From Verrucomicrobiota bacterium (GTDB lineage: Bacteria > Verrucomicrobiota > Verrucomicrobiia > Limisphaerales > SXQI01): 16,434 nt of DNA. Made by a program: the position numbers and the translations under genes. Each line of letters begins with the position of its first letter. Within the stretch, counting starts at the first letter, position 1. Where the stretch lies: assembly GCA_033762115.1 (NCBI GenBank), contig JANRLX010000120.1, positions 1 through 16,434 of the forward strand. The letters are read 5' to 3'. The notes beneath the pieces are model-generated. The model searched no databases and was not told the DNA's origin. It saw nothing but the letters and a program-made list of their open reading frames with translations. Shown here in pieces: positions 1 to 7,800 of this stretch.

Positions 1-99
1 CGCTTTGCAATGCCAACCCCTCCTACCCCGTGGAAGGGGCCGAGGAAGGGGGCACCGTGGCCTTAAGGCCAAGCTTTAACCATTGGAATCGCGTCGACA

Positions 100-250
100 T
101 CAGGAGAAAAAGGTTCGAAGATGGTCAAGGACAGTGCACCAGCTTGGATTTACCCGTGTTGAGTCCATGATGGAAGCGGACGAGTTTTGCGGAAAAGGTT
201 GAAAAACAGGCCGTAAACATTGGATAGAATCATAGGGAGCGGTTAGTCCA
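100..250 (-). other. Silent alternative 3' end of the recombinase gene (GLTAPY...NPSWCTVLDHLRTFFS*); candidate attP-like site
   Basis: The minus-strand frame matching the LSR C-terminus stays open past the repeat for 11 more codons (ACT GTC CTT GAC CAT CTT CGA ACC TTT TTC TCC), then TGA at 102..100. Confidence 0.7.
136..250 (-). repeat. Left copy of a 115-bp inverted repeat; duplicate of the recombinase 3' end
   Basis: The reverse complement of 136..250 aligns without gaps to 2009..2123 at 112/115. Mismatches are at 183/2076, 170/2089 and 169/2090. Confidence 0.97.
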
Positions 251-262
251 CAGTGAAAACTA

Positions 263-291
263 TTCACACAACCACTTCTTCACGATACACT
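263..291 (+). promoter_or_regulatory. Putative sigma70-type promoter for the small basic protein (leaderless transcript)
   Basis: TTCACA (263-268), 17-nt spacer, TACACT (286-291). Seven nt separate the -10 from the ATG at 299, and there is no Shine-Dalgarno. Confidence 0.5.
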
Positions 292-298
292 TATCAAA

Positions 299-556
299 AT
301 GGCCATTCCAGCACGCACCTCAACTCAACCCCAAGCTCGACCTCGAAAAAACCCGGCAGCAGTTGCGCTAGGACGGTTAGGAGGCAAGAAAGGAGGGATC
401 GCCCGCGCAAAAAGCCTTTCAGCGACTCGCCGAAAAGAAATAGCTTCTTTTGCAGCATCAAGTCGCTCTGCAAAACTTAGCCCAAGACAACGTTCAATGT
501 TAGCCGCCAGAGCTGCTCGTGCACGCTGGGCCAAGGCTCGCAGAGCCTTGCTTTAG
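299..556 (+). CDS. Small, highly basic, putative nucleic-acid-binding protein (KNPAAVALGRLGGKKGG type, often labelled histone H1-like)
   Basis: 85 aa, rich in R/K/A. The motif KNPAAVALGRLGGKKGG-ARA-LS--RR-EIA--AA...ARW is recalled from small mobile-element-associated proteins. The LS--R----A--AA unit occurs twice. Confidence 0.8.
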   Translation: MAIPARTSTQPQARPRKNPAAVALGRLGGKKGGIARAKSLSATRRKEIASFAASSRSAKLSPRQRSMLAARAARARWAKARRALL

Positions 557-574
557 GTTTGTTTCGATGCTCGC

Positions 575-602
575 TTGACCGAATATGTGAGCATGATAAA
601 AT
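575..602 (+). promoter_or_regulatory. Putative sigma70-type promoter with extended -10 for the recombinase (leaderless transcript)
   Basis: TTGACC (575-580), 16-nt spacer, TGa-TAAAAT (-10 at 597-602). Six nt separate it from the ATG at 609, and there is no Shine-Dalgarno. Confidence 0.55.
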
Positions 603-608
603 GAATTA

Positions 609-2129
609 ATGGAAACGCCCCTTCGTTACTTTCTCTATTTACGTAAATCTACCGATGAAGAAGACCGCCAAGTTCTGAGTCTTCCCGCTCAGGAGTTTGA
701 GGTGCAACAGATTGCTATTTCTCAAGGCCTCATCATCGCGGACACTGTTTCGGAAAGTAAATCTGCTAGGAAGATAGGGCGGCCCGAGTTTGCGCGTATG
801 CTCGCGAGAATTGATTATGGTGAGGCGAACGCGATACTTTGTTGGAGGCTAAACCGCCTCGCAAGAAACATTGAGGAGGGCGGTCAGCTGATCACGCGCA
901 TGCAAGACGGTCGCATTAAAGAATTGCGAACGTGCGAAAAGTCATATGGAGTTCGTGACGTGCTCATCCTCGCTGTTGAGTTCGGATTGGCGAGCCAGTT
1001 CTCATCAGAGCTTTCTGACAATGTTAAACGAGGCAATTCAGCGAAACTTCGTCGAGGTGAGTGGCCAGGTCCAAAACCAGATGGATATCTCTACAATCAC
1101 AAGCTTCGCAATATTGTCCCTGACCCACAAAAAGCTCCGATCATACGAAAGCTTTTCGAAATATTCGCCACCGGCGAATATTCGCTAACTTCCTTTGGTG
1201 AAGTGATCGAACGCGAGGGGCTGGCCCGCAAAGGAGCAAAACCGCGAGGTAAATATTCGACATGGTGGATGCTGACCAACCCTCTCTACATGGGTGTCAT
1301 GGTTTGGAACAAGGAAGCGTTTGAAGGAAAGTTCCAACCCATTATTGATCCCGCGCTTTTCAAAAAAGTGCAGGCGGTTCTCGAACATGGTTCTGCCCCT
1401 CGCCACACTCGAAAGCAGGTGTGCTTTCCATTTCGGCGCACGTTTCGTTGCTCCTGCGGTTCGATGATTACTGCCCAACTTGGGAGAGGGCGCGGCGGCA
1501 CCTACCGTTACTATCGTTGCACACGAAAGAACGGGTTCTGCGGCGAACCTTACCTTCAGGAAGGCGCGGTGCTCAAGCAGTCTGCCGCAATCCTCTCCGC
1601 CATACGCTACAGTCCAGAAGCTATCGCAGAGTTTGAGAGGATGTTTGCCATTCGAGTTTCGGACGGGCACAAAAAGGTTTCCAGCCAACTTAAAGCCATT
1701 GGAATTCGGAAGGAGGAGGTGCAACGAAAACTCGATAAACTCGTGGCAGGATACATCGACGGGAGCATCGATGAAGAGAGCTACCATCGATTCAAAACCG
1801 AATTGGTAACTGCCAAACAATCCCTCAAAGCTGAGGGGAGAGACTTAGATCGACTCGGGCATGCCAAATGGATCGAACCCACACGTCAGGTCATAAACAC
1901 CTTGAAAACACTGGCTTTTTTGAAGCCTGAAGAGAACTTGCCAGAAATTGCATCACTCGTACGGAAAGTTGGATCGAACCCCTTAATTTCACAGAAAACG
2001 GTGACTTTTGGACTAACCGCTCCCTATGATTCTATCCAATGTTTACGGCCTGTTTTTCAACCTTTTCCGCAAAACACGTCCGCTTCCAAAATGGACTCAA
2101 CACGGGTAAATCCAAGCTGGTGCGGTTAG
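609..2129 (+). CDS. Large serine recombinase/integrase (resolvase + recombinase + zinc-ribbon/coiled-coil)
   Basis: N-terminal YLRKST with catalytic Ser, RPEF, RLNRLARN, GEWPGPKPDGY, LTNPLYMG and PIID---FKKVQ. Zn ligands in CSCG...YYRC...C, followed by a coiled coil. Confidence 0.95.
   Translation: METPLRYFLYLRKSTDEEDRQVLSLPAQEFEVQQIAISQGLIIADTVSESKSARKIGRPEFARMLARIDYGEANAILCWRLNRLARNIEEGGQLITRMQDGRIKELRTCEKSYGVRDVLILAVEFGLASQFSSELSDNVKRGNSAKLRRGEWPGPKPDGYLYNHKLRNIVPDPQKAPIIRKLFEIFATGEYSLTSFGEVIEREGLARKGAKPRGKYSTWWMLTNPLYMGVMVWNKEAFEGKFQPIIDPALFKKVQAVLEHGSAPRHTRKQVCFPFRRTFRCSCGSMITAQLGRGRGGTYRYYRCTRKNGFCGEPYLQEGAVLKQSAAILSAIRYSPEAIAEFERMFAIRVSDGHKKVSSQLKAIGIRKEEVQRKLDKLVAGYIDGSIDEESYHRFKTELVTAKQSLKAEGRDLDRLGHAKWIEPTRQVINTLKTLAFLKPEENLPEIASLVRKVGSNPLISQKTVTFGLTAPYDSIQCLRPVFQPFPQNTSASKMDSTRVNPSWCG
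2009..2123 (+). repeat. Right copy of the 115-bp inverted repeat; encodes the last 38 residues before the recombinase G-stop and includes the last 6 nt (GCACCA) of the tRNA
   Basis: TGGACTAACC...TCCAAGCTGGTGC is the reverse complement of 136..250. Confidence 0.97.
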
Positions 2130-2202
2130 CAGGACTTGAACCTGCACGGGTTACCCCACTACCACCTCAAAGTAGCGTGTCTGCCAATTCCACCATAACC
2201 GC
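2118..2202 (-). tRNA. tRNA-Leu (anticodon GAG), 85 nt, CCA encoded
   Basis: Minus strand reads GCGGTTA-TG-GTGGAATTGGCAGACAC-G-CTACT-TTGAGGT-GGTAG-(long variable arm)-GCAGG-TTCAAGT-CCTGC-TAACCGC-A-CCA, a complete type II cloverleaf. Confidence 0.97.
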
Positions 2203-2319
2203 GCACCAATTGACCGCGTTATTCAACCACTGTTTTTCCCTCGTGCAAGTGGAATTTTCCATTTACCCCTCGTGGAAAGGCCGATTGGCTTTTTCAGGCC
2301 GCTGCAATAACTTCTTCAC

Positions 2320-3534
2320 GTGGATTCATTGGGAACAGCGGAAATTCCTCGTAAAAACTCTGAGCTTCGGCTTTTCACAACCGTCGATGCCGCGCTTCAG
2401 GAAATGCTTGCCGCCATTGACGCCGCCAGCAAATCCATCCGCTTCGAAATGTACATCTACCGCGCCAGCCCCATTGGCGAAACATTCCGTGAAGCGCTCA
2501 CCCGCGCCGCCCGGCGCGGCGTCACCGTCCAGGTGCTCTGTGATGCCCTCGGCTCAGTCTCCCTCCCTGAGAAATTCTGGGACCCCTTGACCGAGGCTGG
2601 CGGTTCCTTTCGATGGTTTAACCCCCTGCAACTCAAACGCCTCGGCTTCCGGAATCATCGAAAACTCCTCGTCATCGACGATGAAATCGCCTTCATCGGG
2701 GGATTCAACATCGCTCCCGAATACCAGGGCGACGGCCTCACCAAAGGCTGGCATGACGCCGGGATGCGCCTCCCCGCAGTCATGGCCCGACAGCTCTCCC
2801 GCACTTTTGACGAAATTTATACTCTCGCCGATTACCGGCACCGCCGTTTTGCCCGTTTTCGCCGCACTCATCTCCAAAAAGTCATCTCGACCCCTGCGGG
2901 GAACATTCTCACCACCGCTCCCGGTCGCGGCCCCTTCCTCGTCAAGGCCGCCCTCCTTGCTGACATGCGGAAGGCAATGTCACTCGATATCATCTCAGCC
3001 TACTTCCTGCCCCCTCGCCAGTTACGCCGCGCCATGCTTTACGCCATCAAAAAAGGAGGCCGTGTGCGCCTCCTCATGGCGGGAAAATCGGATGTTGCCC
3101 TCTCTCAAATGGCCTGCCGCAATCTGTACACCGGCTTCCTCCAAAACCACGTTGAAATTTACGAATACGAACCCCAGATCCTGCACACGAAATTTTTCAT
3201 TTTTGATAATATCGTCTATGCAGGCTCCGCCAACATGGATAAGCGCAGTCTCATGATTAATTATGAGTTGCTTGTCAGGATCGAGGACAAATCACTCGCC
3301 GATGAAGGCCGCTATTTTTTCGAAACCGCCCTCTCTCATTCCACCAAAATTGAACTCCGCCAATGGCAGCACTCCCGCACCATGCTCCAGCGCTTGAAGG
3401 AAAAATGGGCCTTTTTTGTTCTTTCCCGCGTCGATCCCTACCTCACCCAATTACAACTCAATGTCCTGCGGCATGACCAGGAGCAATCGAAAACTGAGCC
3501 CCCCGCAATCACCGCTCCACAACGGGTCTCCTGA
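2320..3534 (+). CDS. Phospholipase D family, cardiolipin synthase ClsB-like
   Basis: Two HxKxxxxD motifs (HRKLLVID, HTKFFIFD) with GGFN and GSANMD. No N-terminal TM hairpin as in ClsA. The GTG start is uncertain. Confidence 0.88.
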   Translation: MDSLGTAEIPRKNSELRLFTTVDAALQEMLAAIDAASKSIRFEMYIYRASPIGETFREALTRAARRGVTVQVLCDALGSVSLPEKFWDPLTEAGGSFRWFNPLQLKRLGFRNHRKLLVIDDEIAFIGGFNIAPEYQGDGLTKGWHDAGMRLPAVMARQLSRTFDEIYTLADYRHRRFARFRRTHLQKVISTPAGNILTTAPGRGPFLVKAALLADMRKAMSLDIISAYFLPPRQLRRAMLYAIKKGGRVRLLMAGKSDVALSQMACRNLYTGFLQNHVEIYEYEPQILHTKFFIFDNIVYAGSANMDKRSLMINYELLVRIEDKSLADEGRYFFETALSHSTKIELRQWQHSRTMLQRLKEKWAFFVLSRVDPYLTQLQLNVLRHDQEQSKTEPPAITAPQRVS

Positions 3535-3538
3535 CCCC

Positions 3539-3826
3539 TCATTCCAACAGCCCATTCACGATCTCCTCCAGCTTTTTCCCGCTGATCCGCAATGTCTTGT
3601 GTCGGCTCATCCCGCCCCGGATTATTTCCACCGCTCCTTTGCTGCACCCCAACTTCTTCGCGATCATCCCGACCACTGCCTCATTCGCCGCTGCATCAAC
3701 CGGCGGTGCCATCACCCATACCTTAAGCTCATCCCCTTCCACGCTCCCGATCTCATTCCGGGACGATCTCGGAACTACTTTGACCGCAATTGTTATCCCC
3801 CCTTTCCCTTCCCGAATCCAACTCAC
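3539..3826 (-). CDS. yggU: DUF167/UPF0235 (YggU) family protein
   Basis: VKVVPRSSRNEI...LKV-V-APPVD--ANEA...G--SRHK signature. The start overlaps the upstream stop by 4 nt (ATGA). Confidence 0.9.
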   Translation of the reverse strand: MSWIREGKGGITIAVKVVPRSSRNEIGSVEGDELKVWVMAPPVDAAANEAVVGMIAKKLGCSKGAVEIIRGGMSRHKTLRISGKKLEEIVNGLLE

Positions 3827-4659
3827 AGCGGCAGCCTTTCATAAAGCCGGATGATCCAGGGCGAACTGCCACGAATCAACGCGATCAGAATGCCGATCCC
3901 TGCCAGCGGCCTCAAATCAACTCTTCCCACCTGCAACGGCAACCATTTCAAGGGCCAAAGCAACCGCCGGCCTGAGGCCGACACATAGCTCCAGAACGGA
4001 TGATTGCCAAAATAGACATAGCTGTTCACCAGGTAAAAAATCAGCACCGCCAGCCAGAGGTAGGCAAAAAAGAAACAGCTTCCAATCGCCACCACTCCAG
4101 CCTGCTGCCATAAATGCGCTCCATTTCCTGGATCAGGCATGATTCCAAAGCGCACGAACACCCTTGAAAAAACCACCCAGAACAATGCAGCTCCCATTGG
4201 CACCAGCATCAACTTGATCACTCCCGGCAACCGCTCCAGCACCCCAAGCTGCTGCTTGATTGCCCGGTGAAACGGTTCATCCGAATGCTTACCATGCAAC
4301 ACGCTCAGGAACAGCATCCAGGCATAAAACCCACCCAGCCAGATCAAAAATGAAAGCAGCGAAAAAGTGAAAATCCTCCCAAAATGGTCACTCCGGAATG
4401 GCAACGCAATCGCAATCAGTTCCAGCTTCGGTGTCCAGCTCAACGCCCCGCCGATATGCCGGTAAAACACCGCCCGCACCAATAACAGCCCCGCAAGAAA
4501 GAGCAGCCCCGGCCAACCCCGACCCTGGCTCCCCTCCGCCTTTTTCAACGTTGAAAGGAGGGAAACAGTCGCTGAAGCTGCGGCTTCAACCTTTACCGAC
4601 CTCCAGCTGATCCAGAGTAACAATCCAACAAAATTAAAAATAAGATTTAATGCACCCAT
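3823..4659 (-). CDS. YggT-like multi-pass membrane protein
   Basis: Several hydrophobic helices and a C-terminal LLWPLKWLPLQVGRVDLRPL resembling the YggT motif. Coupled to yggU as in known yggT-yggU operons. ATG 4659 is preferred over 4680. Confidence 0.7.
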   Translation of the reverse strand: MGALNLIFNFVGLLLWISWRSVKVEAAASATVSLLSTLKKAEGSQGRGWPGLLFLAGLLLVRAVFYRHIGGALSWTPKLELIAIALPFRSDHFGRIFTFSLLSFLIWLGGFYAWMLFLSVLHGKHSDEPFHRAIKQQLGVLERLPGVIKLMLVPMGAALFWVVFSRVFVRFGIMPDPGNGAHLWQQAGVVAIGSCFFFAYLWLAVLIFYLVNSYVYFGNHPFWSYVSASGRRLLWPLKWLPLQVGRVDLRPLAGIGILIALIRGSSPWIIRLYERLPL

Positions 4660-4808
4660 GCGTGGAGGACCGCATAGCAATAGCCAACCCCACTTCGTTC
4701 CGCAAACCTCTTCACCATCGTTTTCACAGACCTGGATTAACTTTTATTGAATATCTCACGAAAAACGCTTATGATTTCCTTCTGATTTCCGATACCTTTT
4801 TATCGCTG

Positions 4809-7800
4809 ATGTATCGCAAGCGCCTCTTTCCAGCCGGGAATCGTCCCTGCGGTGAAAAGGGTCTCCACTGCTCCACCCGGACCCTGGCACGCTTCCCTTT
4901 TCGTTTTCCGGTCCTGTTCCTCACGCTGTTCTCTTTTGCACTGTTCTCACCTGCTCCCACTGCCCAGACCCTCCCGCTCCTTACCAATATCGCCAGCATC
5001 CGTGCCCTTTCCCGCGCTGAAGCCTCTCTTCACCCTCCCCTTCGCGTCCAGGCCGTTGTGACTTATTATGATCAGTCCCAAACCAATTTTTTTGTCCAGG
5101 ACGGAACTGCCGGAATTTATGTTGCTGTCACAGAAGTCAATTGGGGCCTTCGCCCAGGGGATGAAGTGATTATTGACGGCCAGGCCGCCGCGGGAATGTT
5201 CATGCCCATTATCGCCTCACCTGTTATTCAAAAAATCGGCAACAAACCGCTCGGCCAGCCCACCCGGGTTTCCATCGCGGAGTTGAATACTCCCATGGCC
5301 GATTCCCAGCGGGTTCTCATTGAAGGGGTGATCCGCTCCGTTTTCGATGATAACGGGCGGCTTATCTATGAACTCGTCGAGGACGGGGCTCGTACTCGCG
5401 TCATTGTTTACACTCTTGCCCCTCGTGGTGACCGCCGTATTTTTATCGGTAGAAAACTCCGCGCCATTGGCATCGCTGGCGGATTTTTTAATGCCGAAGG
5501 GCACATCATTGGCAGTAAACTGCTCGTGGCCGATTTTTCCGATACTCAACTGATTGATCGTCAATTCCCGGATCCCTTCTCTCTCCCCATCGAAACTGTC
5601 GCCAGCCTTAAAAACCATCCCGAAGGTTCCCGCGTCCGCATCCGGGTAATTGCTGAAGATTCCACACCCCGTTCCCTCCTTCGGGCACATGACCAAACAG
5701 GCTCGATTACCATTACAACCCGCGAGCCAGGCAGTATCCGTCCCGGGACCATTGTCGAGGCTGTCGGTTTTACAACAAAAAACAACCCCCCGCTCTTTGA
5801 AGATGCCATTTTTCGCAGGCTTGGCATTGCTCATTACCCGGGCGAACCTGAACCGCCTTTCTCTTCCAGGGAAACTACAATTCTTCGCACCGTCGAAAGC
5901 ATCAGATCCCTTTCTCCCGAGGAAGCTGCCCGAAATTATCCCGTCCAGCTTCGGGGCGTGATCACTTATTACGACACGCAGCAAGGCCTGCTTTTCTTCC
6001 AGGGAAGCACCGATGGTATCTTTGTCACCACCGCCGAACAGGACCTCGACCTGAAAGCCGGGGATTTTGTCCAGCTTCGGGGATTTACACATCCCGGCCA
6101 ATTTGCCCCTCAAATTCAACTCCCCCGGTTTATAATCGATGGTGACGCTCCCATGCCCGTCGCCCGAAAGGCCAGCTACACAGAACTCCTCAGCGGGGCC
6201 TATGACAGTCAATGGATCGAAACACAGGGTTTGCTTGATTCCATGCAGATGGACGGTGATCTGCTCGTGCTTTCCATCATCCCCCCAACAGGTGCTGGTT
6301 CCTATCGCGCCTACGTCCCGAACTTCACGAACAAGCCCTTCCCCAATTCCATGCTCGATGGCAAAGTCACTCTTCAAGGCGTCTGCGGTTCCTTGTTTAA
6401 TACCGACCGCCAGTTAACCGGCATTCATCTCTTTATTCCCTCTCTCGCTTTTGTCAGCCTCGATCAACCTTCCGAATTTTCCGCCGCGGAAAATGCCGTT
6501 ATCGATATCGGGCAGCTTTCAATGTTCAGCTCCGCAATTCGCGACAACAAGCGGGTTCGCATCCAGGGCAGCGTCACCTATCAAAAAGATTCCATCCTTT
6601 ATGTTCAGGACAAGACTGCCGCCGCCAAAATCATTACCACCTTCCCAGTTCAACTTTCACCCGGTGAAAAAGTCGATGTCTCCGGTTACCCTGTCCCTGG
6701 GGAGTTCAGCCCTGTCATCCAGCATGCCACCGTCATTAAACTCGGCCTCAGCACCTCCCTTGATCCACTGCTCCTCTCTCCCGATGAATTAGTCACGCGT
6801 AGGAAAGTCTCGAACAATGGCAAACTCGTGAAAACCAGCGGCACCCTCATCGGCAAAATTCCCGGCGACAGGGAAATCGTTCTCGCCCTTCAGTCCGGTC
6901 AACATATTTTTAATGCTTCCTTTCAGGGCAGGGATCCATTCGAAGCATTGCGTCCTGGCTCAGAGATCGAATTGACCGGCCTCCTCCTCTATCAACTGGA
7001 TGAACAGAAAATCCCCCAGGGATTCAGGATTCTCCTGCGTTCTCCCGACGATGTCACTGTCACCAAAGCCCCTCCCTGGTGGACCACACGCCATACCATC
7101 GCTGCCATTTTCCTCCTGACCAGCACTGTTTCCATCTCCATGCTTTGGGTCTATGCCTTGCGCACAAAAGTGAAAAAACAAACCGCCCTCCTCAAGGAGA
7201 ACTTTGCCAAGGAAACCCTCCTTACCGAACGTTTCAAGAAACTGGTCCAGAATGCCCACGATCTCATTTTCACTCTCGATCCACAGGGCCGCATCCATTC
7301 CATCAACGATGCCGGTCGCAACCTCCTCATGCTCAGCCCGGATGAAACCAGTCTCACCATTCAGGAACTCGCTGCTCCCGGTTCCCTTCCCCTCATTGAA
7401 GAATGGTTGCGCGCCCAGATCGCCACTCCTCAATCCACCTCCACCACCCTCCAGCTGTGCAAACGCTCCGGTGCCATCGCGGAGATTGAAGTCACCTCCC
7501 AACTTCTCGTCGAAACCGATGGTAAAACTCTTCTTCAGGTGATCGGACGTGACATCACCGAACGCAAAGCCGCCGAGCGTGCCCTCAAGCAAAGCGAGGA
7601 ACGATTTTCCAAGGCTTTCCGTTCCAGCCCCACTCCGGTCAGCATCAGCCGTCTTGATGGAAACCAGGTCGATGTCAACGACGCCTTCCTCAAAACGCTC
7701 GAATATGATCTCACCGATATCGTGAAACCCAATTTCCACGATTTCCTCTGGGCCGACCTCAGCCAGCGGGAAGCCGTTCGCCGCAAGCTTCACGAAGGCA

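Larger units (their letters stand above)
100..2123. mobile_element. tRNA-Leu-associated LSR element or island end (left boundary uncertain, may extend beyond the window)
   Basis: The LSR abuts the tRNA 3' end and is bracketed by long inverted repeats. By eye, the region lacks the C-rich plus-strand bias of the neighbouring housekeeping genes. Confidence 0.75.

Noticed and set aside
1..99. Minus-strand peptide FHGVGGVGIAK resembling a P-loop
   Set aside because: It lacks GK[ST], is preceded closely by an in-frame stop and is cut by the window edge.
253..534. ORFs 253..480 (+) and 325..534 (-)
   Set aside because: They are alternative-frame or antisense shadows of the 299..556 gene, which has a recognisable motif and promoter.
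2039..2590. 183-aa plus-strand ORF
   Set aside because: It runs through the antisense tRNA (RLAGLEPAR is typical tRNA-antisense translation) and overlaps two better-supported genes out of frame.
4650..4808. N-terminal extension of the kinase ORF
   Set aside because: It overlaps the divergent membrane-protein start and covers the AT-richer presumed promoter region.
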